DNA of 64,000 nt from Pseudobdellovibrionaceae bacterium. GTDB lineage: Bacteria; Bdellovibrionota; Bdellovibrionia; Bdellovibrionales; Bdellovibrionaceae. Location of the stretch: the NCBI GenBank assembly GCA_044359815.1, contig JBIKLL010000003.1, positions 1 to 64,000 of the forward strand, in the 5' to 3' direction. The notes under the pieces are model-generated. The model was not told where the DNA came from, searched no databases, and saw nothing but the letters and a program-made list of their open reading frames with translations. The position numbers and the translations under genes are program-made. Positions 18,739 to 28,576 of this stretch are shown in pieces; position 1 is the stretch's first letter, and each line of letters opens with the position of its first letter.

Positions 18739-18955
18739 GCAAAACCTAGCCTTTTCTAAAAATAAATTTTCCAGAAAAAGTTTATAAAATATAGATATAA
18801 TTTTGTTTAAAATGGTTCTCCGCGGAGCCATGGATGGCGGGGGCTTGTCCCGAGTGGCTGAGGCTGGAGGCCGTAACCATTTTAAATTAAATTATATCTA
18901 TATTTTATAAACTTTTTCTGGAAAATTTATTTTTAGAAAAGGCTAGGTTTTGCTT
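18737..18955. repeat. Type II palindromic element (81 bp arms, 57 nt structured core)
   Basis: Arms 18737-18817/18875-18955 are complementary at 79 of 81 positions; GC-rich core 18818-18874. Confidence 0.97.
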
Positions 18956-19407
18956 TTGTTGATGATGTTGGTGGTGGAGCGGCCTTGATGAAATTGCAAG
19001 GATTTAACAATTCCGCCGTTGCTGATTACAAAATCGCTTCCAATTATTTGATCGGGCTTCCAGTCGCCACCTTTGACTAAAACATTTGGTGACACCTGTT
19101 TGATCAGATTCAGAGGATTGTCTTCGCTAAATATACAGACGGCGTCCACGCAGCCCAGTGACGCCAAGATTTCTGCGCGGTCGTTTTCATTCTGAATAGG
19201 TCGATTGGGGCCTTTTAGGGTTTTCACGCTGCTGTCGCTGTTGATACCGACAAATAAAAAATCACCCAGCTTTTTGGCTTCTTGCAAATATCTGATATGT
19301 CCCACATGCAACAAATCAAAACAGCCATTGGTAAAAACAATTTTTTTAGTTTTTTTGATTGGATCCAGTTTTTGTTTGATTTCATTAAAGCTAAAAACTG
19401 AACCCAC
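18943..19407 (-). CDS. rfaE2: D-glycero-beta-D-manno-heptose 1-phosphate adenylyltransferase
   Basis: FTNGCFDLLHVGH, NSDSSV, VKGGDW, STT. Confidence 0.93.
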   Translation of the reverse strand: MGSVFSFNEIKQKLDPIKKTKKIVFTNGCFDLLHVGHIRYLQEAKKLGDFLFVGINSDSSVKTLKGPNRPIQNENDRAEILASLGCVDAVCIFSEDNPLNLIKQVSPNVLVKGGDWKPDQIIGSDFVISNGGIVKSLQFHQGRSTTNIINKSKT

Positions 19408-19411
19408 GAGT

Positions 19412-20158
19412 TTATGTCCTTCTTAGCAGCGGTATTCCCAGAATTTCACCCAAGACGTCTTTGTTGAAAACCAAGGATAAAAATGGAAACACTAAAAATC
19501 CGGTTATGATTGCAACCAGAGATCGTGTTGCAACTCTGAAAATATAGTTCATGTGTTTTTGCTCTGACGGCAGTCCCAGTCTTTGATCAAATACCCATTC
19601 GCCCGCAGTGAAGCCCAAAAAAGCTCTGCTGACCAACAAATACATAAATGAAATTCCAGACAGCTGAGTCAGCAATGCAAACAACAACATGTAGTCTGTT
19701 TCAGAATTTATAAACAAAGCTTCAATACTGGTATTGGTCACAGTCAGTACGATCATCAGACAAGCAATCTGAATCGCAATCACCAACATAAAATCAATAA
19801 TTCCCGCAGCAAATTCCCAGGTAGCGGGTTTAAAAATGGGTGTGGCTTGAGGTGAAATTTGTTTTTTCTCTTCAATCGAATCTGTGAACTGAACAGTTCT
19901 GCGGCTGTTTAATGTCTGCAAAATTTCATCAACTGCTTTTTGTGTCTTGGTTGTTTGCTCGGCAGGTTGAGATTTTGATTTTCGTGGCAGCGGTGGTTTT
20001 AATCCTTCTGCTTCGGATTTAGTTATGGTTTCGATTTCCAAACCTTTGTTTGGCTTGGTAGTTTTTTCGCCGGCAGATTCTGTTCTGGGATGAAAGCCCA
20101 AGCCTTCCGTGATTGGTTTGAATTCAAAGTCTTCAAAAACATCTTCCTGATTTTTCAA
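19412..20158 (-). CDS. RDD family membrane protein
   Basis: FEFKPITEGLGFH N-terminus; FAAGIID and G-x-T-x-G in three TM segments. Confidence 0.7.
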   Translation of the reverse strand: MKNQEDVFEDFEFKPITEGLGFHPRTESAGEKTTKPNKGLEIETITKSEAEGLKPPLPRKSKSQPAEQTTKTQKAVDEILQTLNSRRTVQFTDSIEEKKQISPQATPIFKPATWEFAAGIIDFMLVIAIQIACLMIVLTVTNTSIEALFINSETDYMLLFALLTQLSGISFMYLLVSRAFLGFTAGEWVFDQRLGLPSEQKHMNYIFRVATRSLVAIITGFLVFPFLSLVFNKDVLGEILGIPLLRRT

Positions 20159-20199
20159 GCAACCTCCCTGCTAGATACATAATAATTTATCATATCCGA

Positions 20200-20946
20200 T
20201 TATACTTCAAATTCGTACTTTAGAATGGAACAAAGGCTCACGCAAGCCGTTTCGACTCGTAAAATTTGCTCGCCCACAGTCAGCGAAGGGATTTTTAATT
20301 TTTCAAACATCTGGACTTCGGTCCTGGAAAATCCACCTTCTGAGCCAATATACAATTGGACGGTAGAAAATGATTTTTTATCTACTAGGGACAGCTGCTG
20401 CCTGAGCGTTGATGCTGCGTCACCTTCATATAAAAACAAATGCAGATCTGAGGGGCTTATTTTCTGTTGCAGCAGCAAATCAAGTTTTTGCGGAGCAGTG
20501 ACCTGCATCAAATCACCGCGGCCTGATTGCTGGGTAGCGGCCTGAACAATTTTGTTCCAGCGATTTATTTTAGAATCAGACACTTTATCAGCCGTCGATA
20601 CAAAGCTGTAGTCTGAAAACAAGGGCCTTAGTGTGTGAACTCCCAGTTCGACAGATTTTTCAATAATCGTTTCCAATGTAGCAAATTTAGGAATGCATAC
20701 ATTCAGATAAATCCATGGTTTTTTTGGCAAGGGGAGGTCCCTGGTCTGCAGAACTTTGGCCAGAGCATGTTTTTTAGCAACTTCTTGGACTTGAACCAAA
20801 TAGGCTTTGTGAGAATCAGAATTCACCAACTCAAATTTACTGCCAACGGATTGTCTGCAAACAGAAAATATGTGGTGAAATACATCGTCAGAAATTGTGA
20901 TTAATTCGGGTGTGAATTCAGAAGCCGGAAGCCAAAAACGTCTCAT
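20200..20946 (-). CDS. rsmE: 16S rRNA (uracil1498-N3) methyltransferase
   Basis: EKSVELGV, QQSGR, IGSEGGFS, ILRVETA. Confidence 0.95.
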   Translation of the reverse strand: MRRFWLPASEFTPELITISDDVFHHIFSVCRQSVGSKFELVNSDSHKAYLVQVQEVAKKHALAKVLQTRDLPLPKKPWIYLNVCIPKFATLETIIEKSVELGVHTLRPLFSDYSFVSTADKVSDSKINRWNKIVQAATQQSGRGDLMQVTAPQKLDLLLQQKISPSDLHLFLYEGDAASTLRQQLSLVDKKSFSTVQLYIGSEGGFSRTEVQMFEKLKIPSLTVGEQILRVETACVSLCSILKYEFEV

Positions 20947-21818
20947 GGTTTTTCAAGCCAAAAACCGACCCAACCGTCTTGCTCAAATCGTTTAGTGATT
21001 TTGAACCCAAGGGCTTCAATAAATTCTTGTATAAATTCGTCTTCGTATTCCAGTAAAATGCCTGTGACAAACAATTGTCCCTGCGATTTTAGGTTTCTGA
21101 ATAAATCGTGTTTCATATTTAACAAAACACCATGGATGATGTTTGCTACGATCACATCATAGGAATCGTTCAGCTCTTCGATTTTGTGTTCAGAAATCAA
21201 AATGCGACTGCAGTTGTTACCTTGGATATTTTCGCGAGCCACTCTGCGTGCCTCGGGATCTATTTCAATCCCGTGCACAATTTCAAAACCTAATTTTTCC
21301 GCCAGAATTGCCAGTACGGCCGTGCCAGTGCCCACGTCCAACATTGATTGATTGTTTGAAGCAACTTTTTTCAGAAAATGCCCACACATTTTAGTGGTGG
21401 CGTGTGTTCCAGTTCCAAAGGCCATGCCGGGATCTATGCGAATGCAGTACTTTTCCTCGCAAGGGTTTTCACTCCATGAGGGAACAATCCAATAAGGTTT
21501 TGCAAATTCAAAAGCGTTGAAGCCCTTTTTCCATTCTGACAACCAGTCTTTTGATTCTTCTTTGACCAGTTGGCATTGCAATAAGGGGGAAAGTTTTCGA
21601 ACTTTTTCAAAAAATTCTAATGAAGGATCGGTTTCAAAATAAACATCCAAATCAATGGAATCAGATTTGCGTATATCGGGATCGTAACTCAGGTCTTTCT
21701 GAGTGAATCGCAGGTTTTCAGCCAAACCGCTGGCACCATACATAAATGCGATTCCACTGACCGAGTCTTGGTGTTGTTCGGGTAAATTTCTGATTTCGAC
21801 TTTAAAATATTGTGTCAC
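20943..21818 (-). CDS. prmA: Ribosomal protein L11 methyltransferase
   Basis: IDPGMAFGTGTHATT, LDVGTGTAVL, VANI. Confidence 0.95.
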   Translation of the reverse strand: MTQYFKVEIRNLPEQHQDSVSGIAFMYGASGLAENLRFTQKDLSYDPDIRKSDSIDLDVYFETDPSLEFFEKVRKLSPLLQCQLVKEESKDWLSEWKKGFNAFEFAKPYWIVPSWSENPCEEKYCIRIDPGMAFGTGTHATTKMCGHFLKKVASNNQSMLDVGTGTAVLAILAEKLGFEIVHGIEIDPEARRVARENIQGNNCSRILISEHKIEELNDSYDVIVANIIHGVLLNMKHDLFRNLKSQGQLFVTGILLEYEDEFIQEFIEALGFKITKRFEQDGWVGFWLEKP

Positions 21819-22267
21819 TGGCTCTTTTTAACAGAGGCCTTTTTGTTGTCAATTGGGGCTGTAGAGATTTCAGCAGAATCTCCAATCATTATACCTATTT
21901 GATCCAGCATTGGTTCCGCATCACGAGAAGCCAATGTGGTCTCGCGGGCAACAGCAATGTTTTGATCCACAGCTATGACCTTTAACTGACCCACCAGCGT
22001 TTTAAGCTCGCCCAGATTCTGAGTCCCGGTGGAATCAAAAATGATTTGTTTTCTGTAAACATTCAACAGCGTATTTTTTTTGATACCAGCTTGAGCGCCT
22101 GCGTTCAGATAGTAGTCTTTGTAGATTTGATCGTCTTCAGCCAATTGAATATTGCGTTTTGCATTCATTATTAAAATATCAGCTGAAAATGCTTGTAGTG
22201 AAAAAAGCAGTGTCAGTATTGACAGACCCAAAAACAGAAAAATTCTTCCGATATAGCTTTCAGACAT
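21815..22267 (-). CDS. Hypothetical exported protein
   Basis: Signal peptide; YYLNAGAQAGIK motif; GGAGGGG RBS before ATG 22267. Confidence 0.7.
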   Translation of the reverse strand: MSESYIGRIFLFLGLSILTLLFSLQAFSADILIMNAKRNIQLAEDDQIYKDYYLNAGAQAGIKKNTLLNVYRKQIIFDSTGTQNLGELKTLVGQLKVIAVDQNIAVARETTLASRDAEPMLDQIGIMIGDSAEISTAPIDNKKASVKKSQ

Positions 22268-22487
22268 ACAAATCCCCTCCCGTGGGTTTTGTATACATCC
22301 TTGTAAGTTTGTGAAAGCCATCCTAGCTTCATAAAATCATTCGGTAGTTTATTATTTCAATATGAGACTGCTGCTGAATAACTGGACCTTTCCAGTACTT
22401 AAGGCAGAACTGTAGATTAAGGAATCATCCTGTTTAACATATCACCAGACATGGTGATGCAGGTTTGATCCTAACCACAAAAACACA

Positions 22488-22503
22488 TGGACCGTCTTTT
22501 GCT
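22488..22503 (+). promoter_or_regulatory. Putative sigma-54 promoter
   Basis: TGGACCGTCTTTTGCT with exact GG-N10-GC spacing, about 30 bp before the lipoprotein GTG. Confidence 0.45.
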
Positions 22504-22534
22504 GATGTATCTAATGCAGGCCATGGGGGTTTCA

Positions 22535-22714
22535 GTGCGTCTTAATTTGTTTTTAATTTTAGCGTTGTTTAGCTTTGTGACAGTAGGTTGTTCTGACAGT
22601 AATTCGGTTACGTCTGTGTCTCAGGATAATACATCGGTGCAGTCTTCTGAAAACCCTATAAATCAGTACCCTAACGCTAAAATCTCGTACAGCTTGAGGA
22701 TGTTTGAGCAATGA
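22535..22714 (+). CDS. Small lipoprotein 1
   Basis: GTG after GGGGG; hydrophobic stretch and lipobox VTVG|C; stop overlaps next ATG (ATGA). Confidence 0.6.
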   Translation: MRLNLFLILALFSFVTVGCSDSNSVTSVSQDNTSVQSSENPINQYPNAKISYSLRMFEQ

Positions 22715-24558
22715 AAAGAAAATTGATCACGAAGATCATTTATACCGGTGCGGCCGTACTGCTGATCAGTCAGGCTTGTTCGCGTTTGAGTCCCGCTGAA
22801 ACCAACGACCCAGAAGTTTCTTTTGAGCCACTTAAAAATTTACCTAAAATCAGCTTGAAGCAAAATGATTTTCAAAAGGGCCAAAAAATGGTCGCCATTG
22901 TCGACCATGATTGCATGGATCAAAAAGCCCCCTCGGCTTTTTCGTTTTCAGCTGAAGCGACACTGGACAGGGACAGAATTGATGGATTGCCGATTCAAGC
23001 CTACCAGTTCTTTTTGAGCTCCCAGGAAACTTTGCAATCCATTCGTGAAAAAGCAGCTCAAGACGAATGCTTGCTGTCCATAACAACAGAAAAAGATTTT
23101 AAGATTGATATTGCTTCGTCAGATCCTTTAACTCCTCAACAATATTATTTTAACACCATCAACGCTTACACTGCTCGCAATGGTTTTTTTCCTGCTGAAA
23201 CCAGGCTTGGTGTTAATACCAATGTGACTGTTGCAGTGATTGATACGGGCATCGAGCTAACTCACCCTGATTTGATTGATAGTCTGTGGACAAATTCAGA
23301 TGGGGATCATGGTTACGATTGCTTACGTGGCATTCCTGTTCCTGCTGACGACAACGGTCATGGCACCCACGTGTCTGGTATCATCGCAGCTGGTATCAAC
23401 AATGGTATCGGTGTCGAAGGGTTGATGGGTTCCAGGGCAAAAATATTGTCCTATAAAGCTTTTCGAGCAGACGGAACTGGTTCGCTGTCATGTATATTGA
23501 ATGGGATTTCTTTTGCGGTCAGAAATGGTGCCAAGGTGATAAACCTGTCACTAGGTTATGTGGGTTTGGATGAAGCTTTTCGAACTTATCTAAACTGGGC
23601 AGTTTCGCAAGGTGTTTTTGTGGCAACAGCAGCTGGCAACGACGGTTTAGCTATGGTGGCTGGTGATCCTGCTAGGGTCAGCATTCCTGGCGCTTATGCA
23701 AAAGATATTTTTGGTGTTATGAATGTGGGATCAATTGATGCTCAGACTCTGGCAAAAAGCAGTTTTTCAAATTACAGCAACACTTTGGTTGAAATGTCTG
23801 CTCCAGGTTCAAACATGGCAAACGGAATCATGTCCACCTGGTTAAACGCCAGTTATACCTTTAAACATGGGACATCGATGTCGGCCCCTATGGTTTCTGC
23901 AGCCGCGGCATTAGCTGTGGGGTTTACACGCAGTCGAGGGTTTGTGATTTCACCAGCACACATTGAAAATCTGATTTCACAAACGGCCTATGTGCAAAAT
24001 GGATTATTAAGTTATTTTAAAGGTGGTAAAATTTTAAACCTGGGAGGTTTGTATAATGTACTGAATACAAATTATCCTTACTCAATCAACGTCCAGCCAA
24101 TACCAGACACTCCCACCACAACAACTTTAATTCCAGTCAATGATAACGGCTGTTCAACACTGTCGGTGACAGAGTGTGAATTGTTTCGAGCTATAAATCG
24201 CGAAAGGGTTGAAGCCGGAGTTTCTAGACTTAGGTTAAACAGCAGATGCATCAATGGGGGGCAGCTTCATGCTAAAGATATGGCATTTAACGAATATTTT
24301 GATCACAATGGATTAAATGAAACCGCCGAAGATAGGTTCATCAGATTGGGATTAGGCAGAGCGGCTTTAGCATCTAACATTGCCTATGGATTTCCTACCG
24401 CCGAAACAATGCTCAGTGCCTGGATGATGTCAAATGAAGGACACCGTGAAACATTGCTTGATCCCAGTTTCCAGTCATTTGGAGTGGGAGTATCAAATGA
24501 TTCAAAAGGGATTTTGTATTCTTCAACTTGCTTTTCGGCTTTGCCCGGAGATTTGTAA
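22711..24558 (+). CDS. S8 subtilisin-like serine protease with C-terminal CAP domain (lipoprotein-like)
   Basis: AVIDTG, HGTHVSG, AAGN, GTSMSAP triad; INRER...HAKDM...YFDH...WMMSNEGHRE CAP motifs. Confidence 0.92.
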   Translation: MKRKLITKIIYTGAAVLLISQACSRLSPAETNDPEVSFEPLKNLPKISLKQNDFQKGQKMVAIVDHDCMDQKAPSAFSFSAEATLDRDRIDGLPIQAYQFFLSSQETLQSIREKAAQDECLLSITTEKDFKIDIASSDPLTPQQYYFNTINAYTARNGFFPAETRLGVNTNVTVAVIDTGIELTHPDLIDSLWTNSDGDHGYDCLRGIPVPADDNGHGTHVSGIIAAGINNGIGVEGLMGSRAKILSYKAFRADGTGSLSCILNGISFAVRNGAKVINLSLGYVGLDEAFRTYLNWAVSQGVFVATAAGNDGLAMVAGDPARVSIPGAYAKDIFGVMNVGSIDAQTLAKSSFSNYSNTLVEMSAPGSNMANGIMSTWLNASYTFKHGTSMSAPMVSAAAALAVGFTRSRGFVISPAHIENLISQTAYVQNGLLSYFKGGKILNLGGLYNVLNTNYPYSINVQPIPDTPTTTTLIPVNDNGCSTLSVTECELFRAINRERVEAGVSRLRLNSRCINGGQLHAKDMAFNEYFDHNGLNETAEDRFIRLGLGRAALASNIAYGFPTAETMLSAWMMSNEGHRETLLDPSFQSFGVGVSNDSKGILYSSTCFSALPGDL

Positions 24559-24562
24559 TTAT

Positions 24563-24733
24563 ATGAATGCAAAATTTAAAATTTTAATTTTGATATTGGT
24601 CGTTCCGATTCTGACAGGTTGTAATCCTTTTGCGAACAAGCCTCAACTGGGGCCAGAGCAAGAAGTGATTATCCAGAATTCAGAGGGGCTTCCCACAAAG
24701 CCTGATATCAACCAGCCTAAGAGGATGTTTTGA
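24563..24733 (+). CDS. Small lipoprotein 2
   Basis: MNAKFKILILILVVPILTG|C lipobox; stop overlaps next TTG start. Confidence 0.6.
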   Translation: MNAKFKILILILVVPILTGCNPFANKPQLGPEQEVIIQNSEGLPTKPDINQPKRMF

Positions 24734-26790
24734 AAAATTTTTTTAATATTATTTTTCTTACGTCAGTGCTGACATCGATGCTGCTGTTCTGGCAAAACTG
24801 CGCCAGAACACCAGAACTGGCTGAAGGGCAAATCACCTGGGATGCTTATAGAGCCAACAAATCGGTTGAAGTCGATTCTGTCAGAAGTAAATTGGCCGAT
24901 AGTTCTGTGAACACAGTTGCTCCTATAAATTTAGTGGTGGTGATTGATCAGGAGTGCTTGGAAAACCAAACTCAACCAGAAAATTCATTAAGCGGTCAAA
25001 TCGCTGATCGCAGTAAGAAGTTAAATAAAATTCCTATTTTTGCTTATTCAATCCAGGTTCACAATTTGTCAGAGCTTAATAAAATCGAAACTCAAGCTAA
25101 CAGTGATCCGTGCATAAGGGTTTTGTCTGAGGATACAGTTTTTAAAGACGATGCCATTCCTAACGACACTAATTTTAATATACAGACCAATATGACTTCG
25201 ATCGAAGCCCCAGCGGCCTGGGATACTTTTTTTCCAGCTTCGGGCAACAGCGGAATCACCCAAGAAGTTTTAGTCGGAGCCGTCGATTCTGGGATTCAGA
25301 GAAATCACCCTGATTTATCCAATAAGATTTGGACTAATGTGGCTGAACAGTCTGGGGCTCCCGGAGTTGATGATGATGGCAATGGCTATATTGATGATGT
25401 GAATGGATATGATTGCATCAATGGTGATAATGATCCTGCTGATGATTACGGTCATGGCACCCACGTTTCTGGTATCATGGCTGCCACCAGGAATAATGGC
25501 ATGGGTGTAGCTGGGGTGATGGGTTCCAACATTAAAATTGCAATGTTTAAGTATTCATCCAACGGGGCTGGAACCTCAACTTGTGTCGTTAATGGACTTA
25601 ATTATTTAGTCGCCAAAGGTGTTAAGGTTATCAATTTGAGTTTGGGATCGACTGAAAGTAATGGTCCTCTGTTTGCTGCAATTCAAAACACGGTCAATAA
25701 CGGAGTTTTTATTGCGGCAGCTGCTGGAAATGATGGATTAGCTCTAACCAGTCCAACTGGAGCGAATTTTTTTGTGCCAGCTGGTTATTCAACACTGTTT
25801 TCAGGCATGCTTAGTGTTGCCAACCTGGATGCACTTACAAACTTGAAAGCACCAGGATCTAACTTCAGTTCTACTTATATCGAAATCGGTGCTCCTGGGC
25901 AGATTGGATCGCAGGGGATTCCATCTACGGTGATTAACAGTGCCATCGGCAGAATGGCTGGAACTTCGATGGCAGCGCCTCACGTGTCTGGGGCAGCGGC
26001 CTTGGTGATTGGATTTATCACATCAAGGGGTTATCCAGCACCCACTCCAGCTACGATTGAGACTTTGATTTTAAATTCGGCACTGACCTCGAACAATCTG
26101 ACAGCTCAAATCAAAAACGGAAAATATTTAAATCTCAGATCTTTGGCGACTTTGCTTAATACAAATTATCCCGTGCAAACAACCACAACGACTACGTCTG
26201 CTCCAACAACTTCGACTTCAACGCCCACCACAGCGCCAACAACTACAACATCAACGACCACAACAGCTCCGACGACGACAACGGCACCAACCACGACAAC
26301 TACGACCACAATGCCTCCGAGCATAACTCCAACTACGACCACCACCCAAGTTGTGACCTCAACAACAACTCCGCCCAATTGTGCTGGGGGTATTTCCGGT
26401 CCCGATTGCGCGCTTTTTAATGCGATCAATGCCAACAGGGTTTCCGTTGGAAAATCCGCACTGCGATTGATATCACGGTGTAATCAAGCAGCAGCCTTTC
26501 ACGCAATGGAAATGGCTGTCACAGGTTACTTTGCACACAATAGCTCGACCGAAACATCCGAAAGCCGTTTCACTCGGTTTGGTCTGAGTTCAGCCAAGGC
26601 GGGGGAATTAATTTCCTTTGGATTCTCCGATTCAAATCTGATCTTGAGTTCTATGTTGGCATCAACGGCAGGTCACCGAGAGCTATTGCAAGATTCTGTT
26701 TTTACAAGCATCGGTTTTGGGACGGCGGTGACCTCATCTGGTATGAGAATCACCTCAATTTGTCTATCGGCTCTTCCGGGCGATTTGTAA
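24730..26790 (+). CDS. S8 subtilisin-like protease with Thr-rich linker and CAP domain
   Basis: AVDSG, HGTHVSG, GTSMAAP; DDDGNGYIDD insert; poly-Thr linker; CAP domain ending SALPGDL like its paralog. Confidence 0.92.
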   Translation: MKNFFNIIFLTSVLTSMLLFWQNCARTPELAEGQITWDAYRANKSVEVDSVRSKLADSSVNTVAPINLVVVIDQECLENQTQPENSLSGQIADRSKKLNKIPIFAYSIQVHNLSELNKIETQANSDPCIRVLSEDTVFKDDAIPNDTNFNIQTNMTSIEAPAAWDTFFPASGNSGITQEVLVGAVDSGIQRNHPDLSNKIWTNVAEQSGAPGVDDDGNGYIDDVNGYDCINGDNDPADDYGHGTHVSGIMAATRNNGMGVAGVMGSNIKIAMFKYSSNGAGTSTCVVNGLNYLVAKGVKVINLSLGSTESNGPLFAAIQNTVNNGVFIAAAAGNDGLALTSPTGANFFVPAGYSTLFSGMLSVANLDALTNLKAPGSNFSSTYIEIGAPGQIGSQGIPSTVINSAIGRMAGTSMAAPHVSGAAALVIGFITSRGYPAPTPATIETLILNSALTSNNLTAQIKNGKYLNLRSLATLLNTNYPVQTTTTTTSAPTTSTSTPTTAPTTTTSTTTTAPTTTTAPTTTTTTTMPPSITPTTTTTQVVTSTTTPPNCAGGISGPDCALFNAINANRVSVGKSALRLISRCNQAAAFHAMEMAVTGYFAHNSSTETSESRFTRFGLSSAKAGELISFGFSDSNLILSSMLASTAGHRELLQDSVFTSIGFGTAVTSSGMRITSICLSALPGDL

Positions 26791-27567
26791 TTCGGCTTTT
26801 GTGATTTTGGGTTTGTGGGCCTTCATTTCTTTCACGGCCTGTGGATCGTCCTGCAAAAACACACGTTCAGCAGCCACATCATTTAAAAAAACCATTTCGC
26901 CACGGTCCAATGATCCCATTCTCAGTCGACCTATTGCAACCCTTTGCAATTTCAAAACATCAAAACCGATTTTTTCGAACATCTGTCTGATCTGTCTGTT
27001 TCGACCTTCGGTGATGACGATTTTTAACCAAGCATTGGTTTCTTTACCGCGATTAACACGTTCAACATATCTGGCTGCGGCCTTGCCCCCAATAATGGTG
27101 ACGCCTTTTCTGAGCTTGAATAATTGGTTTGACGTGGGCTGGCCGTTTACTTTCACTAAATAAGTCTTAGTGACTTCCGTTTTTGGATGAGTGACCTGCT
27201 GGGCCCATTCGCCATCATTGGTTAATAACAATAAACCTTCTGAGTCCCAATCCAGCCTGCCAACCGGAAACAGTCGGGTTGGTACCTTGTGCAGGAAATC
27301 CTTAATCGTTGGTCTTCCCAATGGGTCAGTCATCGTGGTTAGGACGCCACGAGGTTTATTAAGCATCACATACAGTCTTTCAAATTTTGGCTTAAGGGGT
27401 TTTCCCTTGTAAAGAATCTTATCGTTTACAGAATCGACCTTAACGCCCATTTCGTAAACTTTTTTGCCGTTCACGGTGAACTGGCCTTCTTCGATTAATC
27501 GATCGGCTTCTCTGCGTGAGCAGATTCCGCGGTCAGCAATTAGTTTGTTAAGTCTGATGTTCGCCAT
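26764..27567 (-). CDS. rluB: 23S rRNA pseudouridine synthase (RluB/RsuA family)
   Basis: S4 domain SRREAD, GRLDWDSEGLLLLTNDG, EGRNRQIR. Confidence 0.88.
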   Translation of the reverse strand: MANIRLNKLIADRGICSRREADRLIEEGQFTVNGKKVYEMGVKVDSVNDKILYKGKPLKPKFERLYVMLNKPRGVLTTMTDPLGRPTIKDFLHKVPTRLFPVGRLDWDSEGLLLLTNDGEWAQQVTHPKTEVTKTYLVKVNGQPTSNQLFKLRKGVTIIGGKAAARYVERVNRGKETNAWLKIVITEGRNRQIRQMFEKIGFDVLKLQRVAIGRLRMGSLDRGEMVFLNDVAAERVFLQDDPQAVKEMKAHKPKITKAELQIARKSR

Positions 27568-28553
27568 GGTACGTCCTTTGAAGACGCATCATTAGCAAAT
27601 TCGGCAGACTCTGTCGATAGGCTTATTGAATCTTGTGAATAAGAAGACTGAAATTCCTTAAGCATCAGGGTTAAAAGCCTGTCATTTTGATATACGTACT
27701 CTAAAGCGTTCTGAGCTCTGACCAGCAGATCGGGAAATATTTTTACACTGACGGGATCCATTAGCTTAAGTTGCTTACAGTGAAGCTCCAGTTCGCTGAC
27801 CAGTTCCTGATAAAAGGTGTCTGTGTCCCTGTGGACTGCAAACTGTTCAATCCGCTTAACGGCATAAAATAATCTGGGGATGTCGACCAATTTCACGCCC
27901 TTAAATTCTTGGTATTTCTGAAACATATATCCCCTGACCAGGCCACCATAAACCAGATTGTCCTGCAGTCTAAATTGGGCATACAGGTAGGGGGCTAATT
28001 CCATTTTCTGATCCAGATCGGGTTGCAGTTCCAAGTTGTCATTGAAATACAAGGCGTTGTCTTTTTTTAGGGGTTCCAAGCGGCCATGCTGTATCATAAA
28101 TTTGGGATCAAATAATTTCACTGTCAGGTTTTTACTGGCATCCAAAATGTAAACCAGATATTTGCGGTTGCCTTCTTTGATAATTCTAAATTGCTGGCCG
28201 TCTTTGTAGTAATCGCGCAGATACTGATGAACGATGTCTTTCACATCTTCCATTTGAATCACATCAATCACCTGATATTTGTCTGGCCATCTAAAATCTT
28301 TCCATTCATTGTCTTTTAAATTTATTCCAGATATTCGCAGACTGTCTTGAACGGATTTGCAAAGTTCGCCTGGGTTTTGTTGCCAATGAACAAAATCAAA
28401 GCAGGATTGAAAAAAACGATCTACAGTTTCGGGCAATAAAAACTCATCAGGTTTGCAAAACGCATACAAATAATTATGAAAGCACTGACGTCCCTGAGAT
28501 GAGTTCACATTATTTTTAATTAGGGTCTTTAGTATTTCAGAAATTTGCAGCAT
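27540..28553 (-). CDS. Hypothetical protein
   Basis: 337 aa ORF, no recognised motif. Confidence 0.75.
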   Translation of the reverse strand: MLQISEILKTLIKNNVNSSQGRQCFHNYLYAFCKPDEFLLPETVDRFFQSCFDFVHWQQNPGELCKSVQDSLRISGINLKDNEWKDFRWPDKYQVIDVIQMEDVKDIVHQYLRDYYKDGQQFRIIKEGNRKYLVYILDASKNLTVKLFDPKFMIQHGRLEPLKKDNALYFNDNLELQPDLDQKMELAPYLYAQFRLQDNLVYGGLVRGYMFQKYQEFKGVKLVDIPRLFYAVKRIEQFAVHRDTDTFYQELVSELELHCKQLKLMDPVSVKIFPDLLVRAQNALEYVYQNDRLLTLMLKEFQSSYSQDSISLSTESAEFANDASSKDVPWRTSDLTN

Positions 28554-28576
28554 ACTATTTAGGATAGGAGAAATTC

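Noticed and set aside
18818..18874. tRNA or tRNA fragment (CCCGAGTGGCTGAGG resembles a D-loop)
   Set aside because: No T-arm GTTCRA or acceptor stem; the motif is not kept in the other copies
26166..26435. Val-rich antisense ORF
   Set aside because: Shadow of the Thr-rich linker
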